DNA of 56,564 nt, filler included, from Basidioascus undulatus (Eukaryota): the NCBI GenBank assembly GCA_000826855.1. It is 4 parts of 4 records of this genome, joined end to end, with 100 filler letters (N's around TTAATTAATTAA, not from the genome) between each part and the next. Parts side by side here need not be neighbours in the genome. Positions count along the whole stretch, not along the records: positions 14,236 to 28,305 come from JTLS01000759.1; positions 28,406 to 42,439 come from JTLS01000760.1; 2 more parts are not named here. One strand, given 5' to 3'. This document shows positions 25,231 through 37,001 of this stretch, one piece after another. Below the pieces are notes generated by a model. It ran no database searches. It saw only the letters and a program-made list of their open reading frames with translations, and was not told the origin of the DNA. How positions within the stretch are numbered: the first letter of the stretch is position 1; the number at the start of each line of letters is the position of its first letter. Both the position numbers and the translations under genes were made by a program.

Positions 25231-26571
25231 GGTAACCCTGTCCGGAAGTCTCTTTTACCCTCTTCATTCGCTCATCATTGGACTAAAGATGTAATTTTAT
25301 GCCAAAATTTCTCGAATGTCTAAACAGGACAACAAGGACGAGTGCCCGACCACGAAACTAAAACTCCACCGTAAGTAGTTTGGTATGTCAAGCGCCACGA
25401 TCGCCTGGTATACTTGAGGCAAAATAATGATTTGTACAAATTTCCCGGTAAGAGGGACTCGTTTCCTTGCTCGGCAGCACCGTGCGGGGACGACCAGGCT
25501 GCTACGCCGCCTCCGGAGGGCTGAAGATCCACACCCCGGCGAGCCAGGTGAAGCAAGCCGCGCATCGGATTGCCCCAAAGTGCATTCGGAGCCGCCGCAT
25601 CGGTGTGTAAAGTAGTACATTCAGCTTGGGAGATGGTATTCCACATGGGAGCGTCTACGATGTGTTGTCTTAGCAGTCGTGATCTCGGCTTTGCGCCCTT
25701 GATCCCTTTTGGAATTTTCTTGGCCAGTCCAGCCTGCATCGCGATGTTTCTCACCTTTAGCTTATAAGCGGATATTAGAAGGTGTAGTTGAGCGCCGAAG
25801 AAAGACCGATGAAGCAGAATGGCGGTTGGGACTGCATCAGTACTGTAAGTGTTGTCCTGCAAGGAAGGTATGAAGATTATCTTGCTACGAAACGGTCCTT
25901 TCTTTTGACTACTGATCCTGCTCGGCCACTCCAGTTTTTCGTTCCCCCTGCTGGGATGATTGGGAGGACTGCCTCCCCGCCCCCCAATCCTTACAGCAGC
26001 ATTCCTCTCCAGCAATCTCTATTACATCTATCGAAGCACGCGTTACAGCACCAAGGAATCGGCCCTCGGGCAACAGTTTGCGGGAGAGTTATCAAGAGGT
26101 GGCACGAAGCTGATACGTACGACTCAAAACACATGCAGCCCCCTGTTATGTATCTTACTAGTACCGGATGAGCTCCCGGAGTACGTCGTCGTCATGCGTG
26201 TCAGCGTGCTCGCCATCGCCACATCGCCGCCAACTCCGGGTGTCGGCCGGCGATGCGAAGGCAGCGAAAGCCCAAAGAAATCTTTCGAAGGACAGGCCCG
26301 GCGGCTAAATGTACACGCGCGATAACGGCGATACTTATCTTCGTACGGGTTGTTCGGAGATTGGAGCGCATCGTGGGCCGGCAAAACCGATCTTCCGGCG
26401 AGCGTCTGGCTCGGTAAGCGCGAGACCGCCGCCCAGTCACGGAACCCAAACACGTCTGAACTCGACCTCGACTCTCTTGCCTCTCATCCTCCATCTTCTC
26501 TCGCCCTCTCTGCTAGACTCCCATACCTGCATACCTCTTTTTCATTTCCACATACCCACACACTAGACAAA

Positions 26572-27800
26572 ATGTCCCTCGCTCGCGTCCAGAAGCCTGC
26601 GCCCGCCTTCAAGGGCACCGCCGTCAAGGTGCGCAGGGGCACACGCTGAGCTTCCGCAGGGTGCATTGATGCTGATCGTCGCTTGCTTCGGTGGCCACAG
26701 GACGGTCTCTTCGAGGAGGTCTCCCTTGAGTCCTACAAGGGCAAGTGGTAAGTAACCGTTCATGCCCGTGTAACGGCCTGCGAGGCACGGTGGGCGGAAG
26801 CGGGCGGTGGCCACGTCTTCCTCCTTCGACTCGCTGACTACGGGCAGCTGCCTTGCGTGTTCGATCGGGCCACTGACTTTGGTTCGTATGTGCTCAGGCT
26901 CGTCCTCTTCTTCTACCCGATGGACTTCGTGAGTTGCTTGCTATTATTTGCATCTGTTGCCTCATGAGCTGACGTCGTCGTCACCCATCTTTCTCAGACC
27001 TTCGTGTGCCCGACCGAGGTACGTCACCACAGCCCTCCATGTCGCCATCCACAGCCTTTGCTCATCCAAGTGCACATTCCCAATCATCAAGATTCTCGCC
27101 TTCAACGGTAAGCCGCCTTAGCCATCCCGCTGTTCACGCGTCTTCTGACACCCGTCCCCTACCCCCAGCCGCCCTCCCGAAGTTCTCCGAGCTCGACGTC
27201 GAGGTCCTCGGTGTCTCCACTGACTCCGAGTTCACCCAGTGCGTTTCTCTTTCCTATTCACCTCTCTCAAGGAGGCGGCGGCTGATGCCCATGCTCTTTG
27301 CAGCCTTGCCTGGGCCAACACCCCCCGCAAGGAGGGCGGTCTCGGCCCTGACCTCAAGCTCCCCCTCCTCGCGGACAAGGGTCACAAGGCCGCTCGCGAC
27401 TACGGCGTCCTGATCGAGGACGAGGGTGTCGCTCTCCGTGGCCTCTTCCTCATCGACCCCAAGGGCACCCTCCGCCAGATCACCGTGCGTCTTCACATCC
27501 CGACCCTCCTCATTTGTTCATCTGAAGCTCGACTGACATTTGCGGTTGCCACTGTTGGCAGATCAACGACCTCCCCGTCGGCCGCAGCGTCGACGAGACG
27601 CTGCGTCTGATTAAGGCGTTCCAGTTCACCGATGTCCACGGTGAAGTCTGCCCCGCCAACTGGGACCCTGAGGTACCCCCTTCCTTCCCTTTCCTTCCAG
27701 CGGCAGGTAGCTCACTCTGCCCGTCTGCACGTACCCACAGACCAACAACGCCACTATCGATACCTCGAACAAGAGTGCCTACTTCAGCAAGCAGCAGTAA
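26572..27800 (+). CDS. TSA1: Typical 2-Cys peroxiredoxin (Tsa1/AhpC family)
   Basis: Spliced: [15 protein letters not shown]...[21 protein letters not shown]...GGLG...[12 protein letters not shown]...[16 protein letters not shown]...GEVCPANW...AYFSKQQ*. Both VCP motifs, GGLG and YF are present. Confidence 0.95.
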
Positions 27801-28237
27801 ATCCGCCCTCCTTCCCTCCCTCCCCTCTGCATACATAGAAGACCGAACGATTTCCGCGACCATGGGTTCCTGTGATGGAGCGTTAGCCTTGGAGGGAATG
27901 GTGGGCTGGGGAAGCTGGCACTCGCGCACACCTTGCCTCCCTCCATAGATACATAGACGCGCTGCTTACGATGTGTCTTGGGTTTGTTTCCTCGTGTGCA
28001 CAGCGGCGGCGATGCGAAGGAGGCGCGTCCCAGGGAAGAGGATGATCAGGAAGAGGCCGGCAAGGCGAAGAAGCAGCGTACGGCGTGAGCGGCACACAGC
28101 ATCGGACACAACGATCGTCAAGTGCATCGGATTGAAGATCAAAATGAACGCGACTGTCGGGCGGTAGTATTACATTCAATTATAACTGCAATTATTGTCA
28201 ACACATGGCTCGAATCGATGTGTCGCAGCTCCCGGGA

Positions 28238-28305
28238 TGGGGGGACGTTGGTGCGGCAGGTTTGTGCCCTCGCATGGTCAACAGCCCCGTCTATCGGTGG
28301 CAGGA
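28238..28305 (+). mobile_element. 5' end of a second copy of the LTR-like repeat, cut by the contig end
   Basis: Exact reverse complement of 23169-23236; begins TG; the contig ends inside it. Confidence 0.65.
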
Positions 28306-28405
28306 NNNNNNNNNNNNNNNNNNNNNNNNNNNNNNNNNNNNNNNNNNNNTTAATTAATTAANNNNNNNNNNNNNNNNNNNNNNNNNNNNNNNNNNNNNNN
28401 NNNNN
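28306..28405. other. Artificial contig linker
   Basis: N-run with central TTAATTAATTAA. Confidence 0.97.
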
Positions 28406-28507
28406 GGTGAGCTGCGATTGTGAGGAGGAGGGGGAGGGGGTGGGGAAACGGGACGAACCGGCGAAGGAGAGGAGGGAGAGGACGAGGACGGGGGTGGAAG
28501 CGAGCAT
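28406..28507 (-). CDS. Probable first exon of a secreted protein (signal peptide), cut by the contig edge
   Basis: MLASTPVLVLSLLSFA downstream of a CT-rich leader, followed by a pyrimidine-rich intron-like stretch. Confidence 0.4.
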
Positions 28508-29604
28508 GGTGAGGGTGGATGTGGTGCGATGTGGATAGAGAGGAGTGTGTGGCGATCGTCGACTAGCGAGCGAGGAGCGAGCGTTGCTACCGGAGCGAAG
28601 AGAAGGTCGGGAGGCTGCCTGTGCCGACGAAGAGCGGTATTAGAGTGGAGTGAAGGTGGGGCTACCGGAGCCGAGTGGGAGAGCGAGGAGTGGGTTGGGG
28701 GAGAAAGAGAGGACTCGAGCGGCAGAGCGGGGCTTAAGTACGTTGGGGACATAGGGGCGCTCGGATGTCGTGGTCGGCGAGTTGGGCGGTCAGTCGGTCA
28801 GTGGTCAGTTCGGAGAGAAGAGCGGGGCGCGCGGAGCGTCATGAGTCTGTTGTATCGATTCAATGGTTGGGAGATGAGTCAGTGTCAGTTCAGGTGGGTC
28901 AGTTCAACGAAGGCGATTAAGTGGTGGTGGATGTAGTCCGCCGAGGCAGGTGGTCAGTTTGGTTGAGGACGATATGGCAATCAAGTGCGATCGAGGACTT
29001 GAAACCAGTTCCGGTGAGCCAACAAGAGAATATGAAAGCATGGAAATTTGATAAATAATACGGGATCGCGAGGGCGGCCAGACGACCAGGTTGGACAGTG
29101 GGTGGGGTGATGTTGACGGTCGGAGTTCAAGAAGTTCAGACAGCGACCAGCGGATGACTTGGCCCTCGTCGAGTATTGCTTTTGGCAGGCGTTTTCATAA
29201 ACGAGGTTTGGGATTAACCGGAGCCATAGTGTCTAGGCACCCTGCCACAGACTGAGTGCTTGCCATCGAGATGACAGCCGGGCGAGATGAAATTTTGCGT
29301 AGTCCCAGCGAAGAAACGTTGGACAAACACCAGAAAGCCTTGAATATAGACTCAGGCCTATAATTATTCAGAAACTGCGTGAAATAGATTTCTACGTCTC
29401 TACAAGGGCCGCCGTCTCTGAATGCATCGTCGGAACTGCGATTCTGCCCTAATACATCTCTCCTGAAAGAAACTGAAACCGTAGCTGATGCATCTGTACC
29501 TGTTATCTAAACATGCGCCTCACAATTATGCTTGAGAGCCTGTGCAAACACAGCCGTTTGTAGCGATGCGGATGACATTGCATGTTGGATTGCGTCTTCG
29601 TCCC

Positions 29605-32520
29605 TCACCACATGCCCCTGACCCGGCCCCTCAACCGCACATTCTCGCACTCGACAACCCTCACGCCCGACGACGCCAGCGCTCCGCTCGTCCCCTCCTT
29701 CCTCCAAGCCTCCACAAGCTCCTTCGCCTCGACGGGGGCAATCTCCGCGTCCCGGGTCCCGATCGTAACGTGCAGGACCTTGCCGCCAACCAAGCCTGGG
29801 ACGTCCTCGGCGTCCTTGTCGTCCTTCCGCCCCTCATCAACAAGCTCCAAGTCCGCCCCAACGAGCGCCATGACGCGGTCGTTCCACACAATGGCGGGGA
29901 CGTCGAACGCATAGCTGGGCGGGGTGACGCGGTCTGCGAGCGCCTTGCAGTGGTCCCACAGCGCGGCCTTCGCGCCCGGTTTGTCGCCCTCAGCTGCGAC
30001 CTCCTTCTCGTGCACGAGGGTGACGTGCGGCGGGGCATTCGCGCGCTTCGCGTCCCGCAGGAGATCGAAGAACTCGCGGGCCGCGGCGTGCGGCTGCTCC
30101 GCGTCCGGGTCGAGCGCGATTGCGTCCAGGATGGAGGGGACGAGGGTCGGGATGGACGCCTCGACCGCGAGCGCAAAGTAGCGCGGCGCTTTGGTCAGCG
30201 CGCCCGAGGCTTGCGCGGCCTTGCGCAGGGAAGGGTTGTACGCGCGCACTGCCTCGAGCGCAGCGCGGACTTCGGCGTCCGGGATTTCGCGGAGGTCGGA
30301 GAGGACTGCGCGGAGGCCGTCGACCGCGCGGCGGAGCCCAGCCTCGAGGTCCTCCTCCACGTCCATTTCGATCACGCCGTCGAAGCCCTCCGCGTCCGCG
30401 TCGAACTCCTCCACTTGCCCGAGGAAGCGGTGTAGAATCTCCTCGTAGTCCTTCCCGCCGCCCGGCTCGGCTCGCAGGCTCTGGTGCCGCTCGCCGCGCG
30501 AGACAATGCGGTCTGCGCAGATCCGGTGGATCGCGTAGCGAGGGAGCGCCGTCGTAGACCAGTGCATGGCAACTACACGCGTGCGCGGAAGAGGGGGCTT
30601 GGCCTTGCCCGGGAGGCCGGCGAGAGCGGAACGGTGTTGGAGGAGATGGTTGTTGCTGATGAGTGGAACCGGGAATGGATGTTAGTCATGCTCGGGCGAG
30701 ACGGCTGCCAAAAAGGGGACGCACCGGTCAGCGAAGACAACGTCGTTGGTCCTGAGGAGGTTCTTGACGTTGGTCTCGAACCCAGCGGCAGTCTTCTTCG
30801 TCGCCACATCGTCGCTCTGAGTGTGTCCGAAGCCGAAAAGGTGCGAGAGCGCGATGCCGATGGCGGTTTTGCCTGCGAGCGAATGAGTGAGTATTGAAGG
30901 CAACGCGACTGTAAGATGGGATGCAGGCCACGCACCGCATCCGGGAATGGCAATCGGGACGATCAGCGTCTTCTCGAACGGCCGGGTGTCTTGTGCCTTC
31001 TCGTCGAGCTCAGTCGTGCGCGCCTTAAAGCCCTTCGCCTTGCCCTTCCAGCCCTCCTTGAACTCCTTCAGCCGCTGCGCGCCCCCGGTCGTCTCCGTGT
31101 ACCGCAAGAAGCGCTCGCGCGCCGCGATGATGCCCCGGCCGCGGTTGAAGCCCTCGTACGCCTTCGGGTCGCGCTTGAGCTGGTCGCGCGTCCACTCGAC
31201 GTACAAGACCGAGTCGGGGTACGTCGGGCGCATGCGCGCCGGCTGGCCCTTGGCCGCGCTCGAGATGAGGTCGCGCGTGAGCTCGCGCCACTCGCGGTAC
31301 ATGAGGTACGGCTCGTCGAACTTGACTTTGAAGAAGAACGGCGCGCCGACGGGGTACGGCGGCGCGGCGGGCCCGCCCTTGCCCACCGTTCCGTTGCCGG
31401 AAGACGGGGCCCCATCGGACGGAGCCTTGTCCGCGACGTGGCACCGGACGACGAAGCCCTCAATCGCCTCGCCATCGATCGCGCCGCCCTCGCGTTCGAT
31501 CTTGGCCGCGTACTCGCGTACGGCGCCGAGACTGGTGAAAAATCGGGAGCGGGTCTTGATGAACCCCCACTCTTTCGCGAACGCTTGAACGACAGGGAAC
31601 GGCTCGGTCTGGAAGCCGGCGGTGTTGTGGTTCAGGCCGTGCAGGTGGAGACCGCGGCGGTCGGGAGGGTACGCGAGAACGTGCTCTTCAAAAGCGTCGT
31701 CGCAGAGCTGGAGCGATAAAAATAACAGCTATGTCAGTAAGAATATGCAGAGCGATCAAGCAATTCCAGACGCACCTCGGCAACCGCAGTCCGCCCGGAC
31801 TCCCACAGAACCTTCGCGAGCTGCTCCTTCGTCCGCCCCTTCGCGGCAAGATGCGTGTCGAGCCAGCGCTCGCCGACCTCCGCGTGACTCTCGTTCTGGC
31901 CCTCGGCTGCATTTTGAGCGTTCGGTGGTCCCAGGGCGTGCTTCGACGTTACGACGAGGTCGGTCGGAGAAAGCGCGGAGATGAAGATGATGCAGCCGTT
32001 CTCCTTGTACGTGAGCGAGTAGGGGCCGCTGGTGTAATGCTCAAGGTTGTCCCACTGTGTTGAGGCGTAGCCGATGAAGGAGGCGTAACCGATGGAGGAT
32101 GTTCGAGATGCGATTCGACGATGTGAGTTCGTGAAGAGCAGCGAGAAGAGGTAAACGAGTGGACACAAGCCGTTTGTGAGCGTCGCTCGGGAAGATTCGC
32201 GGGAGACGTAAACGAACTTCTGTCCAGGATACCTCGCCAACGTTGAAGAACTTGTCATAACCTCGCACCGCGATCCGCTCGTCCTTGCCCTCCGGGACGC
32301 TGAAGAGCCCACGCGCGAGCGTCGGAAAAGGGCAAGGCTGCTTCTTGTACGCATACTCGGCCATCTTCCAGCTCGTGACCGCATGTCCGTGATACTGGTG
32401 GTCTGTGGAGCGGACGAGCTTCCCCGAGTTTTTCGCTTGGCGAAGCGCGCGCAGGAGAGATGCGCCAGCGGGGTCGACGGAGAGCGGCGCGAGAGAGGGA
32501 GGGCTCGAGGCGGAAGGCAT
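29605..32520 (-). CDS. TRL1: Fungal tRNA ligase (ligase, kinase and cyclic phosphodiesterase domains)
   Basis: SWKMAEYAY, PTLARGLF, VRGYDKFFN, motif I TYKENGCII, VTSKH, FFKVKFDEPYLMYREWRE, P-loop IAIPGC/GKT (split by an intron), FADR, and two HVT motifs of the CPD domain. Confidence 0.95.
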
Positions 32521-33609
32521 GATGAGTGTGTGGAAAGAAAACGGGTATAACGAAAGTTTGAGATGCGATACGATTCGAATGGTACAATGTTAGTACGATG
32601 AGGAAGATGGATGCGAACACATGCAGAGTGACAGTGTGAAGGTGTAAAGATATAAGAAAGGCAAGAGAAATGACCACGCTGGGAGCGAGTCTGGCTGCGT
32701 CAGCTTTCCCCGCGCCGGTGTGTCTCCCTTTTTTTCATATCAGCGAGGTGTTTCCTTCGAAGAAAGGCCTTCCAAGTGCGAGATTCATTAAAATCAAAAA
32801 TGAGATACTTGGAGAGTAGAGCACCACTCCAAAAGATATGCTGTCCCAGCATCGCACAGCTCTTGCCGTGCGTGCCGACTGCCCGACTCGGAAAGAAGAT
32901 TGCGCTTCCTCAACCCTGTTTTGAAGCCGAAGGAGACGCCAGAAGAAATGTCTTATTTTCCCTTCCTGTGATTGTATTACTTATCATGCAACCCGTGGGA
33001 GGACTCTCACCCGGTTGTGAACGGCACAACATGCTCACAGTCAAGACTGATGACTTCGGAAGGTCTCAATGACGCCGAAAATTGCATTAGTTTGGGCCTG
33101 AAATGACAACTGTTGATTTTCTTCCGGAGCTTTTAACCTGCTCAGCCAAGTCGTGGACCAGTTTTCGATGAGCACCTTGGCGGTAGTGGCTCACTGTCAT
33201 GATTTTAAGGTAGAGTCTATGCCAAGTGTTGTGATGGTGCACCAGGTTCAAACAACCGCGACTTGTTTTTCGATCAAGTGATGGTCGGAAACCACCTTAA
33301 AATGCCTAGCGAGTCAGGCCACGATGGCTGCGGTGTGCTTGTGAGACACCCGCCAGGGCCACACGACTTTGAGGACAGTGTCTTTCTTCACAGAATCACT
33401 CGTAGAAGCAAACAAGTCCCTTGGTAACTCAGGTCCGGCTATGTTCCACGCACTGCGGTCGACCCGCTTTCGAGGTGCTCCCGCGTCCACCCAACCTGCC
33501 TTCCCGCATCTGCTGTCTTCCGTAGGAGTTATAAACAGCTTCTTGAGGCCTACACAGAGGCTCATTCACTTAACAGACGTTTCTTCTCTCCCTCAATCAG
33601 ACCGCCGCA

Positions 33610-34696
33610 ATGCTCACCTCCCACGTCCTCCGCCTGTTGCCCAGCGTCGCCTGCGTGGCCGCCCAGATCGGCCGCATTTACCCTGGCCTTCCTGCTATGC
33701 CAGCAATTAATCCAGAGCCGATGGCGAGCACACGAATCCCTGCCCCGAGCTACCCTGGCCACAAGCTGTTGCCACTGAGCGACGGACGCTGGGTTCCATC
33801 CCCATCTTTCACCATCAACCCGTCCCTCAATGGTCCAGCCGCCATTGCGGCGGTGCGCAGCGCTTTTCGGGCTGGGTTCCGCCATATTGGCGAGTTTTCG
33901 TGCAACTTGGTCGAGTTATGCCGATCTGAAAAGGAGTGAAACGCTCCTACAGAAACAAGCGGCCAGGACGGTAATTTGGAAGCCATCGGCGAAGCGATTC
34001 GGTTGGAGGGCATCCCGCGAGACCAGCTCTACATCACGGGCAAGTTCGACCGGATGTTCAATACTGTTATCAACCGGACCAATACGGTCCAGCTCGAGTG
34101 GTTCCTCGACAAGCAGGCGGTGGGTTGCTTGTCTGGCCGGTCCTGTCCCCCTGATTGCTCACCCTCGCCTCACCCTGGTTCCTACAGCTCGACATAACCT
34201 ACTTCGACCTTTTCTTGATTCACGACTATGATGTCCTTACCAACGCTCCTCGAGTGTGGCAAAAGTTCATGTGGCTCAAATCTTTGGGGCTTTCCCGGTG
34301 CGCCAATCCCCCCGCAGTGGCGAGGCGCGCCCCGCTTATACCGTTAAGTGAGCTACAGGAGTGTCGGGCTGGTCGATTACACGCCCGAACTGCTCCAGGC
34401 GGTGCTCAGCTTGGCGGTCGAAGGCCTCCGGCCGACAGTCAATCTGATTGATCTCAACGCCGCCACAGCGCCATCGTTGGCCGACGACATCGCCTTCAGC
34501 ACTCGGAATGGCTTGCTGATTGGGTCCTACGGCGGACGTACCCTGGAGGAATCTGTGCAATTGCACGATTCGGGTCTGTGGGTTTCTATGTAAGAGCTCG
34601 TCTGCCTCGAGGTGACTTTCTCAGCCGACTAAGTCCCTCGTCCACAGACAATATGACCCGTCTACGGGTCCCGCATTGTCGGCGTTTTCGAGCTGA
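33610..34696 (+). CDS. Divergent, C-terminally short aldo-keto reductase-like protein
   Basis: LPLSDGRWVP, AVRSAFRAGFRHI, IPRDQLYITGK, LDITYFDLFLIH, VWQKFMWLKSLGLSRSVG. The first intron has a GC donor (33890). The last exon is uncertain. Confidence 0.7.
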
Positions 34697-35199
34697 GGGC
34701 TTAGAAGGCGTAAAATTGTTCACGGATACTCTCTCTCTGTCGTGTACTACTTGATTCTACAGAGCTCGTCATCATGTGTGTTTACGAATGTGCCATATAA
34801 TGACTTCTTAATGCCACTCCCTGATTTGGCGAAGGAGTTGTTGCACAAATTTGTGATCCTCAGCCTCAGTTTAAGGGACGAAGCGCGGAGCAGGCAATTT
34901 CTAGTCGAGCACAGTCGGCCGGTCAACACGGATGAACGATGCTCGGCATCCTGGGAACTTCAATGCGCAGAAGTTTGGCAAGATTTCAGTATGAAGGCGA
35001 TAAGCTGGTCGGCATTAGTAGACTTTCTTGTTGAAGTGGAGCGCGTGGAGCATAGCGGGACGCCTCTCTTACCCGGGGACCACAAGCTCTGAGCGTTCTG
35101 TGCCAGCATGTTGTGTATGCCATTTATTCTGAATGAGACAAAACACGCGACCTCTTCTGTCTTCCCCCCCTGTCCCCTGCACCCCTTCTTCCCTCCCCA

Positions 35200-35652
35200 A
35201 TTTGCCCTAATCGAAGTCACCATCGACCTCCGTAAGGCGTACACCTTTGCTCTCCTCGACACACAGGCGGAGACCGCAGCGCCAAGCTTAATACTCATTT
35301 TGAGTGCCCATGCTTTGAAGTCGCTGTCGCCCAATTCCTCCCGAAGTTCCGAAGTTACCGGATCTCAAGGTCAGCGTGACACTTGCCAGACCCCCGGGAC
35401 GTCCCAGTCCAAGTCGTCGAGGAAACCTTCCAAACCCGCGGGGGGCCCGTGAGACGTGTTGTGGAGGCTCAAGTTGATATGGCAAAGTGTAGGCGGAAGC
35501 GCATGCACAAAATCACCAGTTGGCATGTACGGGTCCAGCGTAAGCGTTAACTCGTCGAGCGCCGGACAGAACTCCGGTAGTCGACCCAGCCCGGCTTCCT
35601 TGTGGACTATTACCACTACCAGAGACCTCAAGCCTCTGCCATGAATCTCCAT
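35200..35652 (-). pseudogene. Decayed F-box/LRR-like (RNI-like) gene fragment
   Basis: HGRGLRSLVV..LPEFCPALDELTLTL..LPPTLCHINL (LxxLxL periodicity), then a stop and a frame change. Confidence 0.4.
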
Positions 35653-37001
35653 AAAGTGGGTCAGACTATCAGCAGCAATGCCAAATGCAACGTGTGGAGA
35701 TGACTCACTGCTTGATTAATATATCTTTCCAAGTTTCCGCTGCCCTATCTCGATCTTTCGCATGGGTCGCGTTGAGATCCCCCACACACCGTCTAACAAA
35801 TCCTTCGCCTTTACTGTATATCTATTGTATACTCAGAAAAGGAAAGCTGTACTTCAACTGAGCAAATTTGTTTACGCAGTCTTGAGCGGCCGGCGTGGTT
35901 TTACATATCGAGACAGTGCCTCTCACCACCCACCTGGGTGCGGATAAAAAAAAGCGCGAGCCGTCGCGCGTCTTGTGTATAGGTCAGAATATCTATTGCT
36001 TAACTTCTGTAATGACCTCTTCCAGTAAGTCTGGCCACGTTCAGTGACTAGCCTGAGAAGCCGGCGTTGGCCCTCAGTTGATTGTGCCCGAAATAGTTCT
36101 CGCTTCAAGCCCTCAGAGAGGCTGATTGCACCGCTTGTATTGTTTTGGAAGGGGCTCCTCGGAACCCTATAATCCAGCAGATGCTTGAAGGAATGCCTAA
36201 CCAAGAACGGTCCAGCAGGCGGGAGGGGGACATTGAAAGCGAACGCAGAGACGCGACACACCACCGTCGGGCCACACTACTCTCAGCACCAAACCGCCTC
36301 TGCCAAAAACTCATAAAGCCATGACCCAAAGTCAACTCACCGCCCGCTATAAAGCTAATTCTTGCCTCATCCGTACTCTTCCCACACGGCATACCGGTAT
36401 CTACTAGGCTGGAGTCGGGAGTCCAGCACGTCACTCACAGCCGCCACTTACCCACGCACGAGAGAGTGGAAGTGGTTGATCATTTACGCTGCCACGCACG
36501 ACTACCCTGTGTTTTCCCAGAAGCGTGGTCTCCCACCCTCTCTAGGGTACTTTTCCCATACCCTGGCTCCAACGACCAGCTCTCCCCCACCACTGCTAGT
36601 GGGGATCCGCGCGAGACACCAAGACGATCTTCAACGGGCAACGGTCCTCAGCTTCCATTCAGAATAGCAAAAAAGGATCAGTGGTTCAATTTCTGTAAAC
36701 TTGAATGCTATTCCGCTGTGGGTATGTGGCTGGCGTTGGGTATCAGTTCCACGCAAACAGCCAATAAATAGGCTGCAACTGAAGGGCTAAGAATTGGCGA
36801 TCTGGCCGCTTGCGGTCTGGTATTATGAGCCTTTCCATATACGCACGATGATATGGAATGGCTAATGAAACGAAGGCCAACCGAGCAGGTGTGGACACTG
36901 AAAGATCTACTGCAGTGATACTTTACCCTCAGCACCAACCCGGAGCTCCTAAAACTTCATCAGCCATGAGAGGCTGATACCCCATACCGGCATTCTCGCA
37001 G

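Noticed and set aside
26748..26897. Extra branch point and CAG inside a longer peroxiredoxin intron (possible 9-nt cassette exon)
   Set aside because: The donor is weak, and the normal protein is complete without it.
29542..31719. Long antisense ORFs over TRL1 (likewise over PAF1, CDC27 and the nitrilase)
   Set aside because: Expected shadow ORFs from high GC3 codon bias; no independent motifs.
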